Counted from the first letter of the whole stretch, positions 10,544 to 25,300 are shown. The stretch: DNA of 63,179 nt, filler included, from Reclinomonas americana ATCC 50394 (GCA_048213135.1; 3 parts of 2 records of this genome joined end to end with filler, not necessarily neighbours in it); one strand, 5' to 3'. The notes: generated by a model from the sequence alone, not told the origin. Made by a program: numbers and translations.

Positions 10544-10593
10544 TGTTGTGTTGCGATTCACGATCCAATCATCCCGACCGATTCTAGTCAGAG

Positions 10594-12974
10594 ATGAGTG
10601 CCGCGCGGAGAGAGGAGGGCGACGGTGTGTGTGTGTGTGTGTGTGGAGGGAGAAGAGTGTGTGTGTGAGAGAGAAAGAGCGTGTGTGCTCACTCATGTGT
10701 GCAGATGTTGCCGATGAGGAGTATCAGCGCGGCCTCAACTTGCTCGTGCACATCAAGATGGGCAACATGAGCGAGTTGCGTCTTGCACACACACACATGC
10801 GCAAGGAGAGAGAAAGAGAGCACACGCGCACGTGTGTGTGTCTTTGTGTGTGTGTGTGTGTCATGGTGCAACATCTCACTTTTACGACCGCAGAGTGGTT
10901 CAATTGCTCGACTCTGGTGTTCCTGTGGACTTTTCCGGGGACAAGGGCATTACGGCGTTGCATGTGGCGGCGGCCAATAAGCAGGAGGAATTGGGGTTGT
11001 TGCTGGTGGAGCGGGGGGCGCGCATTGATGCACTCGATGATCAGTATCGCTGCAACGCGGCACACTATGGTGTGTGTGTGTGTGATGAGGGGGAAGGGAG
11101 ANNNNNNNNNNNNNNNNNNNNTTCGTGGCGTTGAACTGCGCAGGCTGTAGCGCACAATATGATATGCAGAGAGGAGAACAGAGCCTCTTGCCACGTGCTT
11201 GATTTCCTCCGATGAGACGCACTCAGACGAGCTTCTTTCTTGCTCCCTCGTCTCTCTCCGATGTGCGTACTTCCGACGCAGTGTTGGACTGCACAGAGAA
11301 GCGCGCAGTATGAAATGTGGAATGTCTCGCCTCGCTCCTGTTTTCCTCCGATGAGACGTGAGCTTTTCAGACTCCTCCTCCCCCTTCTCCTCTCTCGTCC
11401 ACTCCTCCTTGTCCTCACCCTTTTCCCTCCTCGGCGCAGCGGCGACGTCGGGTTGCACAGAACTCATTCGGAGGTTTCACGCGGCTGGGTTGGATTTCAC
11501 GCAAGTGAATCGTTTCGACGCGACGCCGATGCATTTGGTGGGCGACCGCGAGGTGTGCATTGCGATGCGAGATCTGGGATTGGACTTGGACATTCAAAAC
11601 AAGTGCGCACACCTGTGGCGATAGAGAGAGAAGAATTACGATTGTCTCTGTGTTAACGCTCATTCCTTGTGCTTTCTTTTGAAGAGCGGGGCGACGACCG
11701 ATTCATGTCGCGTGTCGTGACCATCGCGAAAGTGCGGCCTTGTTTTTGGTGGAGCACTCGCGACATCGATCCAGTCCCGACGAAGGTGAGAGCGGGTATG
11801 GCATTACTGACTCACGGCGCGTCGCGGTGATTTGCTGACTGCGTGCTGGCAGACGGCAACACTCCGCTGCACTTTGCGGCCACGTGTGGCAGTCGGGAGG
11901 TGGTCATTGCGCTGGCGGAGAAGGGTGTGGACATTGACGCACAAAATCACTTGCGACAAACGCCGTTGCATTTGGTGTGTGCTTGTGTACTCGACTCTTT
12001 GCTCCGTCGAGTGTCTTGTTGACGCTTGCGTGTGTGTGTGCGTGTGTTAGGCGGCGGAGCGTGGACACGATTCCGTGGCCGACTACCTCATTAGCAAGGT
12101 GTGGCTGATGTTCGGGGGGTTCTCTCTCGTGATATTCTACCGCTCACCCTGCCTCCACATTCACAGGGTGCAAGGACAGATCTGGCCGACTCACAAGGCA
12201 AGGTTCCCGACATTTCGTCGGGCCCCACCACGTCGGCGCAAGGTACGAGTACGAGGGGAGAGAGGGGGAGACGCCGCGTTTTGCACAGCTCACACGCTGC
12301 TGCATGCAGACTTTGAGGCGAGACGGAAAGAGGGATGGATGGTCAAGGAGGGCGGTAACTTCAAGTCGTGGAAGAAGCGGTGCGTGCAACTGGACCAATC
12401 GCCTCGTCTTCCCAGCACTCACTTTGTTTTACCATGGCAGCTGGTTTGTGCTGCACGGGCCAACACTGGAGTACTTTTCCGGCAAGCCCAAGGTTCGTAT
12501 GTTGTTGCTCTTCGCTGGCTAATTTGCGTTGCATCTCACGCTTGTACAGGCTGGCGACAAACCACGCGGTTCGGTCGACCTCAACGACATTGAGACTGTA
12601 TCCGAGGTTCACACACACACGCACACATCACGCTCACTCACTATCAACAACTCGTTGGTTTCCTCACTTCTCCCACGACACAGAGCATGAAGGGCACACG
12701 CTTTGTGATTGCACTGGCGGGGAAGCGCGGCAAGCGAACATGGTATCTGCAAGCCGAGACGCATGGTGAGAGAGCCAGGCGAAGAGAGTGGGAAAGAGAT
12801 CTCTCGGTAACTCAACTCGTTCGTGCAGCCGAGGAGAAGGAGTGGTTCCAAACACTGCAGGAGCAAGTCGACTGGCTGCGAAGATCGCGGTGAGTCGGTT
12901 TAAAATATTCATGCATCGCGAGGCTGTGACTGACTGACTCTCTATGTGCCTGCAGTCGTCGATCGGTGGCGTAA
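10594..12974 (+). CDS. Ankyrin-repeat + PH-domain protein
   Basis: Ankyrin motifs GITALHVAA, GNTPLHFAA, QTPLHL; PH motifs KEGWMVKEGGNFKSWKKRWFVL and EEKEWFQTLQ. Confidence 0.85.
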
Positions 12975-13282
12975 GACGGCGAGCCAGAGGAGCGATGAAA
13001 GCGGAGGAGAGTGGAGAGAGTGATCGGAGTAGTGGACAAATGTACGCTTTTGACTGCTGAGTCATTCAACGCATTGATCACACAAGCCGAAGAAGCGAAC
13101 ACTTCACGCAGCTTCACAGACACACACACAACGAGTGAGTGAGTGAGTGCGAAAGCCGCACACTAAACCGCCAAACACCATGCCGCCTCAACCGCCCAGT
13201 TGCGTCATGACTTTGATCATGTATTGTGTGTGTGCGCGCTGAATCGCGTCTCACATGTGAAAAAAAAGGTAACCCGCCTCCC

Positions 13283-16252
13283 ATGATGACATACATGTGG
13301 GACTGCTCAAACCGGGCATTCGCGCTGGTCCCTGAAGGCACAGAAACGTTGCGTGCGAGAAGAGCGAGAGAGAGAAGAGAGAGAGAGGAGTTTTTGACAG
13401 TGAGTGTGAGAAGTGCGCCATTGTTCCGCCCCACGCACTCACGCACGCACACGCTCGTGTGCGCACCTGGTGCGTGCGTGTGTGCGTGTGTGTGACGTGC
13501 TGCTACTGTGTGAGTGTGCGCGCGCGCGAGAAGAAAGAGAGAACCTTCCGATATTCCTTCTTATTCATCACTCCACGTGCGACACTCTGCGCACATACGC
13601 ATGTGTGTGATGTGTATGTGTGCACACGCACACACGCGCACATCGCACTCCCTTTGCGCCTAATCCGTTTTCTGCGCGCCTCGTCTTTTTGTGTCGGAGG
13701 CCATGTCGGTCTCACACACGCACTCTCTCTCACGCAGTACCCTGGATGGACTGGGACTGGTGGCACCCGAGTACCTCTGCGACACCTTCGTAGATTGTAC
13801 AAGCTGGTCAGACGAAAGAGATTGTAATCCAAGTCTGGTGGCCACGTTGCGTTTCTGAGAGCAGGAAGAGTGACTGTGCGTGTATGTTTCGCTCATTCTC
13901 TCTGTGTGTAGGTTTTACTCGTTCCTTGTTATTACGGGATGCATTGCCGGCATCTTCCTTGTCGTCATCTACTTTGTGTGGAGACTACGGCAGCATCGTG
14001 TGATTCGCAAGGCGTCGCCCACGTTTCTCATTCTGCTGCTGTTGGGTGGTGGACTCGGATTCACTGCCATGTTGCCGTGGATTGGTGTGTGCTGCTGTTG
14101 TTGTGCGCGTGTGCAGTTGCGGCATGCGCTCACTATCGTGTCTCTTGTGTGTCTAGGTCGACCAACTGTGTCCGGCTGTCTCTTCCGTGCTTGGTTGCCG
14201 GGTCTCGCCTTTGTGTTTGGCTGGGGGTGCGCACAACAAGTCTCTCTCTCCTCACTCTTTCCGTCTCCGTGTCACTCACACGTGGGGAGCAGGAGCCTGT
14301 TTGCCAAGACCTACCGCATTCATCGTATCTTCAACAACAAGTCGTTGCAGAAGATCACTAAAGTGTCGGACTGGGACATGTTCAAGGTCGTGCTCATCTT
14401 GCTCACCATCGAAGTGGTGCGTACACGTACTCCACAAGCGCGCGCTCTCTCTCANNNNNNNNNNNNNNNNNNNNNNNNNNNNNNNNNNNNNNNNNNNNNN
14501 NNNNNNNNNNNNNNNNNNNNNNNNNNNNNNNNNNNNNNNNNNNNNNNNNNNNNNNNNNNNNNNNNNNNNNNNNNNNNNNNNNNNNNNNNNNNNNNNNNNN
14601 NNNNNNNNNNNNNNNNNNNNNNNNNNNNNNNNNNNNNNNNNNNNNNNNNNNNNNNNNNNNNNNNNNNNNNNNNNNNNNNNNNNNNNNNNNNNNNNNNNNN
14701 NNNNNNNNNNNNNNNNNNNNNNNNNNNNNNNNNNNNNNNNNNNNNNNNNNNNNNNNNNNNNNNNNNNNNNNNNNNNNNNNNNNNNNNNNNNNNNNNNNNN
14801 NNNNNNNNNNNNNNNNNNNNNNNNNNNNNNNNNNNNNNNNNNNNNNNNNNNNNNNNNNNNNNNNNNNNNNNNNNNNNNNNNNNNNNNNNNNNNNNNNNNN
14901 NNNNNNNNNNNNNNNNNNNNNNNNNNNNNNNNNNNNNNNNNNNNNNNNNNNNNNNNNNNNNNNNNNNNNNNNNNNNNNNNNNNNCGCGCAGGCATTGCTC
15001 GGCATCTGGTGCGACTCCTCCTTTACTTGTTGTTTTTGCTCCTCGTGCTCACCTGGGTTCATGGTCGCAGGGCTGCCGTATCCGTATGGAAACCTGTTAT
15101 TCGAGACGACGTGGCCGACAAGCCGCATGTCGAGTGTGATGTGCGTTGACGTTGTTTGTGTGGCTGGCCTCCGCTCTTCACTCACTCGAGCCATTTCGTC
15201 GCCAGGTCCGATTCAAGATATTATTCTACGGCTTATTGCTCGGCTACAAGGTTGCGTGTGGTGCTCTGTCGCACACTGTTGTTGCTGTCGTTGGCATACC
15301 GACCCGATGCGATGAATAGGTACTCCTAATGATCTGGGGTTGTAAGCTGGCCTGGGACACGCGAGGCGTCGACAAGGAATACAATGAGAGCAAGTACATT
15401 GCCATGTCGGTGCGTGCCGAACAGCGCAGCTTGCCAGTGGTGACACGCGGTGCTCACTGCTCACGATAGATCTTTGCATGGCTCATCCTCGGCATTGTCG
15501 TCTTCCCCATTCTGTTCTTGCCAATTTTGGCCACCGACCGTCTCACTGCGTTTGCCGTGCGCTCGTCGGCACTGCTGGTCGCCATCCTGATCGTGGAGAG
15601 TTTCCTCTTTGTGCCCAAGTTCTTTGCCATTCGTCGCGTCAACCGCGACGCAGAGAACACGGTATGTTTGTGTGTGTGTTTCTCCTCCATTTTTTTGTTC
15701 GTCAGCTTTCTTTTGACTCTCTTCCTCCACGCAGGCGCAAGCCATTAGTCCGCGGCAGCTGCCAAACATCACACCCGGTGGCGAGAACCGGTACCGCACC
15801 AAGTACCTGGAGAACGGAGCGCAGTCGCCCACTGCCCCGTCACCGCCTGCATTGCCTGTTACGCAAGCGCGCTCTCTCGACGGGGGAGACAAGTATCGCA
15901 CCAAGTACCTGGAGGGTGGACCGGCGTCGCCCAACTCGCCGCAGAATGGCGATGTGGTGTCACCCACGGGTGTGGTGCCGCTGCTGGCCGGACAACAGGT
16001 GGCCAGTGGTGCTCTGCCGCCATTGCCCCCACCACCGCAACGAACTGTTGAGTTGTCTATTGCCTTGCACGTCACCTTTTCCAATCCCAACTGACACATG
16101 CCTTGCAGCCTGGCGCAAGAATGTTTGGCGGCCAGGGTCGCTCGACACCAGCCATGGACCTCATGAGTGTGCCGTTGCCGCCGGCGCCGCTCCCGCCGCA
16201 ACTGCCAGCACCCGCACCCTCAGCAGCGTCATCTCCCAACGGACGTCGGTGA
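13283..16252 (+). CDS. Class C (GABA-B/Grl-like) 7TM receptor with N-terminal LDLa-like module; start uncertain
   Basis: VIRKASPTFLILLL, SLFAKTYRIHRIFNN, YNESKYIAMS, FVPKF are 7tm_3-like motifs. Upstream exon encodes EYLCDTFVDCTSWSDERDC. Confidence 0.8.
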
Positions 16253-16344
16253 CACTTGTACGACTTAAAAGCAATCAACAGTGTATGACATTTTCATTCG
16301 CGAAACAAGCAGACAGATTAAGTAACACACACACAACAGAAACA

Positions 16345-19300
16345 CTATCTAAGAGAGCCAGCACTGAGGGGCGGCATTCCGCGCCCTGAGCTGACTGGTG
16401 AGAGGTGCTGTTGGCCCTCCATCGTGTTGACCGGCACGTACTTGCTCGAGTGAAGCAAGTGCGGTCGCATATCCCACGAGAGAGCATCGCCGCCGTGCGG
16501 CGAGCGCAGGTTGCTGTGAATGGCCACGAGACCTGTCGATAGATAATCAGCAACACGACACGTGCTCAGCAATTCACGGAGAGCACCCACCAAACGCCTC
16601 GTCTCCAGCAGCCGTGCACACAGCATGTGTAATGTACTGACAGCGGCAGCAGCAATACATGGTCCAGCTGCGAGAGAATGGTCAGGCGATGGTGGTGGAT
16701 GCAAGTATATCTCTCCATGTACACACACACACCTCGGCGACGCAGGTGCACGATGCGGCCACTCCTCCACACAACTGGCCTGTTCGAGGCACCCAAACAT
16801 GTTGTCCGGTGTCGAGTACGTCCAAGTGGTGGTCGGTTCACTCCACAGCAGCACCGAGTTCATGCGCTGAATGTAGTACGGATCAAAGGCGGGCACGGTG
16901 ATGGTGGCCGCCACCGACGTCTCGCGCGGCGGCGAGTCCGCCACCCACTGGTCCTCGCCCAGCACACTGTTCGAGGCACTCCAGCACTGCCCGCACAAAC
17001 ACCGATACAACGAGGTGGCGGTGCTGCCGGCGAGACTGGCTGGGGCCGTGGCTTGCCTGCACGCACACACATATACAAGAGATAGTGGCTTCAGCATTTC
17101 CGTCACACCACTCTCCCACACACACACACACACTCTTCGACGCAACAGTGGTGGAATTGGCGGCAGCGTGCGGCTCACGAGCTCCAGGAGGCGCNNNNNN
17201 NNNNNNNNNNNNNNNNNNNNNNNNNNNNNNNNNNNNNNNNNNNNNNNNNNNNNNNNNNNNNNNNNNNNNNNNNNNNNNNNNNNNNNNNNNNNNNNNNNNN
17301 NNNNNNNNNNNNNNNNNNNNNNNNNNNNNNNNNNNNNNNNNNNNNNNNNNNNNNNNNNNNNNNNNNNNNNNNNNNNNNNNNNNNNNNNNNNNNNNNNNNN
17401 NNNNNNNNNNNNNNNNNNNNNNNNNNNNNNNNNNNNNNNNNNNNNNNNNNNNNNNNNNNNNNNNNNNNNNNNNNNNNNNNNNNNNNNNNNNNNNNNNNNN
17501 NNNNNNNNNNNNNNNNNNNNNNNNNNNNNNNNNGGGTGCACAATCGGTCGCTGATGCTGGAGCCACAGGTAGGCTTCCAACGGCGACAGGCCGTGCGTGT
17601 GCATCAGGTACAGCATGACGAAACGCGCGCCGTGCATCAAGCCGTTCTCGCTAATCACCAACACCTGCGCACGTGCCACATGAGAACTCCCCCCCAACTG
17701 TGACTGTGCACGGTCAGACACCGAAGCAGCGCACCTTTCCGTTGCGTGCAATGGCATCCTGCACAGTCGCCACCGCTTGCAACTCCGCCTCGTGCTGGTT
17801 GAGCGGCGCCGGCACGACTTGCACCAGGTCGGCGTAGCCGTTCAACGGCCGCTTAACAGAGGAAGAGCTGCCGTTCGACGCCGAGGCAGAGGCCGATCGG
17901 CCCGACAACTCGTCCGACACAAACACCAGGTCGGGGGTGTCGAACAACAAATCGCCTGCGCGACAAGTGAGACATACACCGCAACCACCCTGCAATCAAG
18001 CCATCGCACAAACCTTCGCCATCGACACCACCAAAGACATCATCGGCGGCCGCACCTCGGCAGTCGATGCACAGTGTAATACCTGTGCATAACGCATCGT
18101 AAGTGACGCTGCATGACGCGTGCGTTCTCACTCTCTTTCTCTCTCACACACACCGAGCGACAGCAGTTGACGCGGACGCATCAGAGCCGAGGTTGCCGAC
18201 AGGTACAGTGAATCGCGAATCTACAGTTGCGCGTGTGAGCAATCAACGGCTCTGCTTCTCACTGGTCACACGACGGTTGGCGCACCAGCGACGGGCTGTT
18301 GAAAATCACTGGCACTTGCGCATCCTCCATGCCGTCGCCCACACTTGGGGAATCTGGCACATCGTAGTCGGCCTCGAGCACTGCCGCCGAGGTCATGGGA
18401 CGAAGGGCCGGAGGCGGATGTGACTTGACGACACTGCAACGCACACCAATTTTGCGTTGTGAGGCAAACTGAGACACGCACNNNNNNNNNNNNNNNNNNN
18501 NNNNNNNNNNNNNNNNNNNNNNNNNNNNNNNNNNNNNNNNNNNNNNNNNNNNNNNNNNNNNNNNNNNNNNNNNNNNNNNNNNNNNNNNNNNNNNGCAGAT
18601 TAGCATCGGCACGCAACAGTCGGAACGGGCAACCCGCAGCCAGGCGCTCTGCCTCTCGAATCCACGACGGCATGCGTGTGAGAATGTCCTCGATTGGTGG
18701 ACGACTGCAGGGGAAGTGAACATTGGTGAGGCAGGGGGGTGCACAGCTCTCGCGACCACACACAAACACTGACCGATGAACATCCTTGACCAAAATGTAT
18801 GCCATCATGTCGAGCACCACTGGCGCATTCTCCTGCAACCACTCATACTGTGGCGTCTTCTCCTGAAGCACAGGCTCCGCCTCTCCGGTGACGCGAATAA
18901 AGAATCGAATCCAATCGTCGTCGTAGAACAACATGACACCGGCCACAATCTCGTACAGCAGGCAGCCGAGACTCCACACATCGCTCGGGCGCCCAGCACC
19001 AATCTGCACGCAACGCACACACTCGTCAGCATCGCTGCGACCACACACTCACGCAGTACACAAGCACCACTGCACCTTCTTGCGGCGATCGAATGTATCG
19101 CGATCCTTTTGCGCCTGCATCGCAATCGTCAACATCTCCGGGCTCTTGATGCACTCAGTGCCGCGGTTCCGCTGCGTCCACTGCTCCTCCTCGCGCGTGT
19201 AGATCTTGCTCTCACCAAAGTCCGCCAGCACCACGGCAAACGGCAGCTCGTCATCCGACTGGCGCATGTTCAACATGATGTTGTCGCACTTGAGATCGAA

Positions 19301-22300
19301 ATGAATGATGCCCTTGGTGTGGATCGTCTGCACCGCCTCCACCACGCGCTGGAAAATGCGCAGAAGCATCGGCAGTGCGGCCACCACCGACTCATCCGGT
19401 ATCGACGCACGGAAGCCCGACAGGGTCATCTGATACTCGTGCATCACCTGTGCGCGCGGCGACGTCTATTAGCCACAGAGAGAGAGAGAGAAAATACAAG
19501 AAAACGGCAACGAGAACGCACCAGATAGTAGCGATCGTCTTGCACGCCGTAATCAATCAGGCGCGTGACACCGGGATAGCCGCGAGCTCGCTCCAGAATG
19601 AGAACCTCGTGGAAGAACGCAAACGTCACACAGCGTTCGTGGGCGTGCTTTGGCACGTCCATGACCTTGACCACAAGCTGCGCCCACCAAAAGTCAGTCA
19701 CAAAAGGAAACCAACGCGGACAGCTTGTATCGCACAACACCTTTTGAGGATGCGCACTGGAAGCGTTCACGGTGCACCGATACACCGAACCGAAAGCACC
19801 GGCCGCCACACGCGACGTCAGCTGATACAAGTTGGAGTTGATGAGGTGGCCACAGAGCACCTTCCACAGGATCTTGACCGAGGCGTGCATTTCTTGCATG
19901 CGACTGTGACGCAGCGAGAGTGTGAGAACAGCGCGGAGATGCAAGGTGGGTGTTGTGTGTGTGCGTGGTCGTCACCTCGAGAGCGCAGACACAATGTGCT
20001 GATTGCCCGGGTGATTCAGATGACAGTGGAGGATGAAGAGCACATTCGGCTTGTCCTTGTTCGTCGGGTACTCGTCACAATAGTCCTCGTCAAGAGTGCC
20101 ATCGGTGGCATCCACCAACAGATTCAGCAGCAGCGACACGACGGAGGCATGCACCGGAATCGACGAGTAAAGCGGACGCATCAGCCGCTCGCCGCTGTAG
20201 TCGCGCCCCATGCCTGCCGCTGTCGTCGACCGCGCGCTGCTGCCCTCACCATAGGCATCTGTGCACACACACACACCCACGCACAAATCAGCAATCGAAT
20301 AGACGATGATCAACTGAGCACCAATCCGATTCTCGCGCACCTGCGGCAGCCGACGAAGGAGCCAGGTTGAGATTCAGTGGAGTACCGGCATGCGACGGCG
20401 TTGCTATCTTGGCAGACATGTCGAGGGCTGGCACAAAGGCCTGTGCAATATGTGTGTGTTAGAGAGAGAGAGAGGCAAAAAGGAGGGCTACCACAACGAA
20501 TCACTCACCGGTGAGGCAGCTACTGCTGGGAGCGCACGATGTGACGGCAAGAAGCGAACTGTGGAGCGCGCGGTGGACAGCGTGGCGCCCGAGCGCGCCG
20601 TACTCTGGTCCGCTCGAGTCACCGCAGCCAGGTTTTCCATGGCCAAGTGCATGCGCCCGCCGACACCAGTCGCACTCAGCTCCAGTGCTGTAAGCGAGCC
20701 GCGGTGCTCGCCACCATCCACAGTCTCAAGGGCCACCAAGGATGGAGTTTTCGCCAGAGGCGGTGGTCGTGTGGCGGTGGCAGCCGCGGCGGTGCGAGCA
20801 GGCGTTGCGGTGGTGGTGGTGGTGGTGCCTGCGGTAGCGGCAGGCGCGTTGCTGGCGGCCTCTGCCTGCACGCCGCCCTTGATGTATCGCGCGTCGAGTG
20901 ACAGCGGTGGTGGTATGAGGGGAGCCTTTGGTTTGCTCACTTGTCCAGCACCAGGCACAGCTGTGACCGACGAGCCGACAACAGAGCTCGATTGCAACTG
21001 TTCGTGCAGCGCTCGAGCCTCCAGCCGCTTGTCCATACTCAGCGCCAACAGGGGAATCGACCGGGTGGAGGCGTCGGTACGCGCACTTCGCATTCCATCC
21101 TCATCGTCCTGCATGTGCGTGCCACTAGTGAGCCAAACACTCGATTCATGGTCGCAACGACAACAACGGTGGTGCACTCACCTCGCGCTCCGACTCCTCC
21201 GACTCAATCTCAAAGTCACTCTTGTCGCTAAAAGAATAGTAGTGACCGTCCTCGCGTGGCTGCGTAGGCGGTGGAGCCGCCGTAGTTTTCTTCGTGTCTC
21301 GAGCGGACGACTTGCGTGCCGACAGCTGCCGTGAACTCCGCCTCGAGCGACTACCACTCAACGGCACGTCAGCCATCGGCGGTGATACGCCACCTGCGAC
21401 GCAAGGGAGGAAAGGAGCTAGTTTTTGAGTGCGACTGTGCTAATCTTGTCGACAAGAACACACTGCTACTACGCAACCGGCCATGGGCGGCGGCACCGAG
21501 TCGAGAGTGGTCTTTTGCGGCTCCGAAACGTGGCGTGGAACCACGTGACGAATGCGTCGAGCTGCAGCCGCCGCAGTCTCCGAAGTCTCTTCTTCATCGC
21601 GCTCGTCGTCGGCGCTACCACCAGCCGAGTACGAGTCGCCGTCTGACAGCGACCAAGCATCGTGGTGCGAGCTGGCCGGACTGTTCACAACACGAGTCAA
21701 TCGCACAGCGAGGCGACACAGCAGCAACACAGATACATACCTCAGTGGTTCAGCAGCTGGTGCCACAGGTGGAGGCGGTGGTGGCGCGTGCTTGGGCGCC
21801 AACAGCGCGGCAGGTACTGCGCCACCCTTGGGAATGACTTTGAGAGAGGGAATGCCGGCTGGCACTGGTGCGGGCGGAATCGGAGGTGGGGCGACACTGC
21901 TGGCTGCAAACGAGGGCGGTGCGCGAGGTGGTGGTGCGGCGGCGGCGGCGGCGGCTGCTGCTGGAGGAGGACATGTGTACACATTGTAAGACGACTCGCA
22001 TGCACATTGTGAGGTGCTTGTATCACTCACCAGTCTTGACAGCAGCAGCGGCTGCAGTCGAGGTCTTTCCACGCGCATCGTCACCGCCACTTCCACTATC
22101 GCTGCCGCCGCCGTCGTCGTCGTCGCCACCACTGCCAAAGTCATCGAATTCAAACGAATCACCGCCACTTCCGTCGCTCCATGCGTCGTCCTCGAACGTC
22201 GGCTTTGGCGGCGGCGGTGGTTGCCCCTGAACAGCGGCAGCACATGTTAGACTCCGATACGTGTTGCATTCGGCACACCCCACACAATGACACACCTTGA

Positions 22301-25300
22301 CGACTGCAGGTTGCAGAACGCGGTGCGGCGGAAGGCGCTCTGGTTGCACAAAGTGCAAAATGTCGTACGCCATGCGCTCGGTGAAGAACTCCTTGCAAAT
22401 GTCCTGCCATTCGCGCGACCGCATCTCCCACGCCTCCATGCCCGTCTGTGGCGACGTAAATAACAGTCTGTGTGACTTCCCACTTCCCTTCATCGGACCA
22501 TAACAAGGGGGAGGAAAACGCAACTCTTGCTCGAATGTCATTGCAGACTTGCAAAACGTGCCGACGAGAAATCACATGGGCTTTCTGATAGTTCTCCGGG
22601 GGCCACCATTTCGCCTCGGTAGCCGCTGCACGAATGGATTAATTACGAGCGTACGCGCGCGCATGCACTGGCAACGAGTGATGGGGCGACGCAACTCGCA
22701 AACACCAAATGCGACCATTCCGACTCGATGAAATCGGGGATTGGCAGCCACTGTTGACCGGCGCTCGGCGCGGGTTTCTCGGTGACGAACCTAATCTTCA
22801 GGTCACTTCGCAGATTCCGCATGAAGGACACCTCGCCACGTGTTCGCGCCGACACGGCCGGCGGCGACTGTGGCACAATGGGGCATGAATACAACTGCCA
22901 AGAAAATGCAACGGTGTTGGGGGGCGTGCACGCAACAAGCAAGCCAGTGCGCGGCGTGCCGCCCGCTGCGGAGCCCAGGCGATGTGCAATTGTGCCGTCT
23001 TCGCCAACGATGCGCGGAGTACGACGCGACAGTGGTGCACTCGCCGCCAGAGCCGACGGAGCCAGTGGAACTGTGCATTGGTGGGGCGCGTAAGATGCAG
23101 ACAGAGAAAGACAACACTCAGAAGGAGGATGAGGCATGTAACTGGACGACGCCACGCCAGCGGGGGCCACCAGTGGTGCCTTGGGCGTCTTTGGAGTGCG
23201 CAACGAGGCAGACGAGGCCGCAGCGGTCGCTGCTGCCGCCGCTGCTGCTGCCTCCTCGCCCATGATAAGCTGCGGCAATTTGTTCAGCGTGCTGTTGCGA
23301 CGCAGGCCGAGAACGGCCGGCGGCTTGACGGTTTCCGGCTGACCGATACTGCAAGCACACAAACAAAAAAAAAAAAAAAATGTCAGGAACGAGTCTGCAC
23401 TGACGGTTGTGTCCATCGGTCTGGGGTGCGCACGAACCCATCCTCATCGCTCGATGTGTGATACGAGTCCAAACCAAACTCCATGTCGGAGGCAATCGAG
23501 CGCGACGAGGCGGCAGCAGCAAGAGGCGCAGCTGCCGTCACGGCCTTGCCGGAGGGCATTGGCGACTCGGGGAGAGGCGGGGCCGGCATCTGTGTTACGA
23601 TGAGACGCAGATTGCTTGCCACACTCCCACCATGTCGACGCAACGTCCTTGTTGGCGCGGTCAATGACAGCCCCGAACAGATTGATGGAAGTGGAGTCGG
23701 CGGAGAGCAGTGGAATGCTGGGGATGGTTCGCGACAGCGTCTTGGTGCCTTGCGGCGTGGGAGACACAGTGGACACCTGGAAGGAGTCGTCGTCGTGGTC
23801 TTCGTCTCGATGACCACCGTCGCTACTCTCGCTCGTGTTGTCGAGCGAGTACACCAAGTGGTCGTCACGTGCCGACAGATCGTCAGAGTCGCCGCTGGTG
23901 TTGTGGCCTCGCTGACGCGCTGGCTGCGGCGACGCATAGGCACCGGCAGCCGCAGTCGCCCCCGCGGTGAACGGTGGTCGTCCGCCGGCTTGTGGGAGCA
24001 GCTCGAAGAGTGTCACAAACGCTTGCGACGCAGTGACCGGAATTGCGGGGTCGGAGAGCTCACGGGTGAGTGATTCGACTTGTTCAGCCAACGACTGCGA
24101 GACGTTACTGGTCATCGGGCCTTCGCGACCCACCGAGGCCACGCAGTCGGCCTCCAGCTCCACCAAGCGCGCCAGGTACAGCACGATGCGCAGTTCACGG
24201 AACTACGAACACGCTAGTGAGCAATAGACGGTGGTGGCGCGCACACACACACACGGACCTGCGACCGCAGCTGCTCCCGAATCGGCCGCAGCACATCCTC
24301 GTGTCCCGCGTTGATCGTCACCGATCGCATGTGTCCCGAAAACGACAACAGCACTCCCACATGCAAGTGGGCCAGGTGCAAGCAAATCTCGCGTGCGGAC
24401 GGCTCGTCACCACGACCGCGACCTGACAACAAAACGCATGACACCGTGATAAGTTCTCCAGCAACAACCGACGCCTCAAAAGTGAACGCACGTTCTGTGT
24501 CGGTAGCGCGGGAGACGCCAGGCGTGGCCAGCGACAGGCACTGCACCATTTGTAGGTAGTGCAGCGACAGGTAGTGACTGACATACATCTCCATGCTCAA
24601 GAACGGACAGATGGCCACCGGCAGTGCAAAGAGATCGGCCACCAAATTGAGACCCTGTGACAACAAGCGGTGAGTCGGTGTGCGTATGCGTGCGTGTGTG
24701 GAAGCAACCGAGCCGCACCTCGCACTGCATGGAGACCCAGGCCTTTGCCGCCGAGATGCGCGGATCCACGCCCGCAGGCAACGCATCGGCATCGCTGCCG
24801 AGAGTGTCATCGTCCATGCTGTCTGCCGAATGACGATCGAGACTCTCGGCATCCTCATCGACGCCGTTGGCAGATCGGCGACCGGCTGCCGCTCGCGGTC
24901 GATTGACGCCGACAATGGTGGGAACCAGGTCGCGAGAGATCAGCACATTCAGCGCGCCCTCGACCGGATGTACCAGGAAGTCCAACTTTAGCACGTACTC
25001 CGACACAGCAGCAGCCACCCGCGCGCGACGATTCTCATCCAGTGGTCGTCCGTCAAAGCTCCGACACGCCATGCGGTAGTTGGTGGACATGACCGACACA
25101 ATCATCTGCGCCCAGCGTTGGTCAGACGACAGTGTGATGGATAGATGCACGTGAGCAAACAATGGACACCCGCACCCGATAAAAGTCCAGGATGCGAATG
25201 ACGTGGTCACGCAGAGCAAAATCGAGATCGGTCGACCGCTGCCACACACGTTCACCCCACACAGTAAGCAGCGCACGTCGCATAACCTGGGCCAAGGTTG

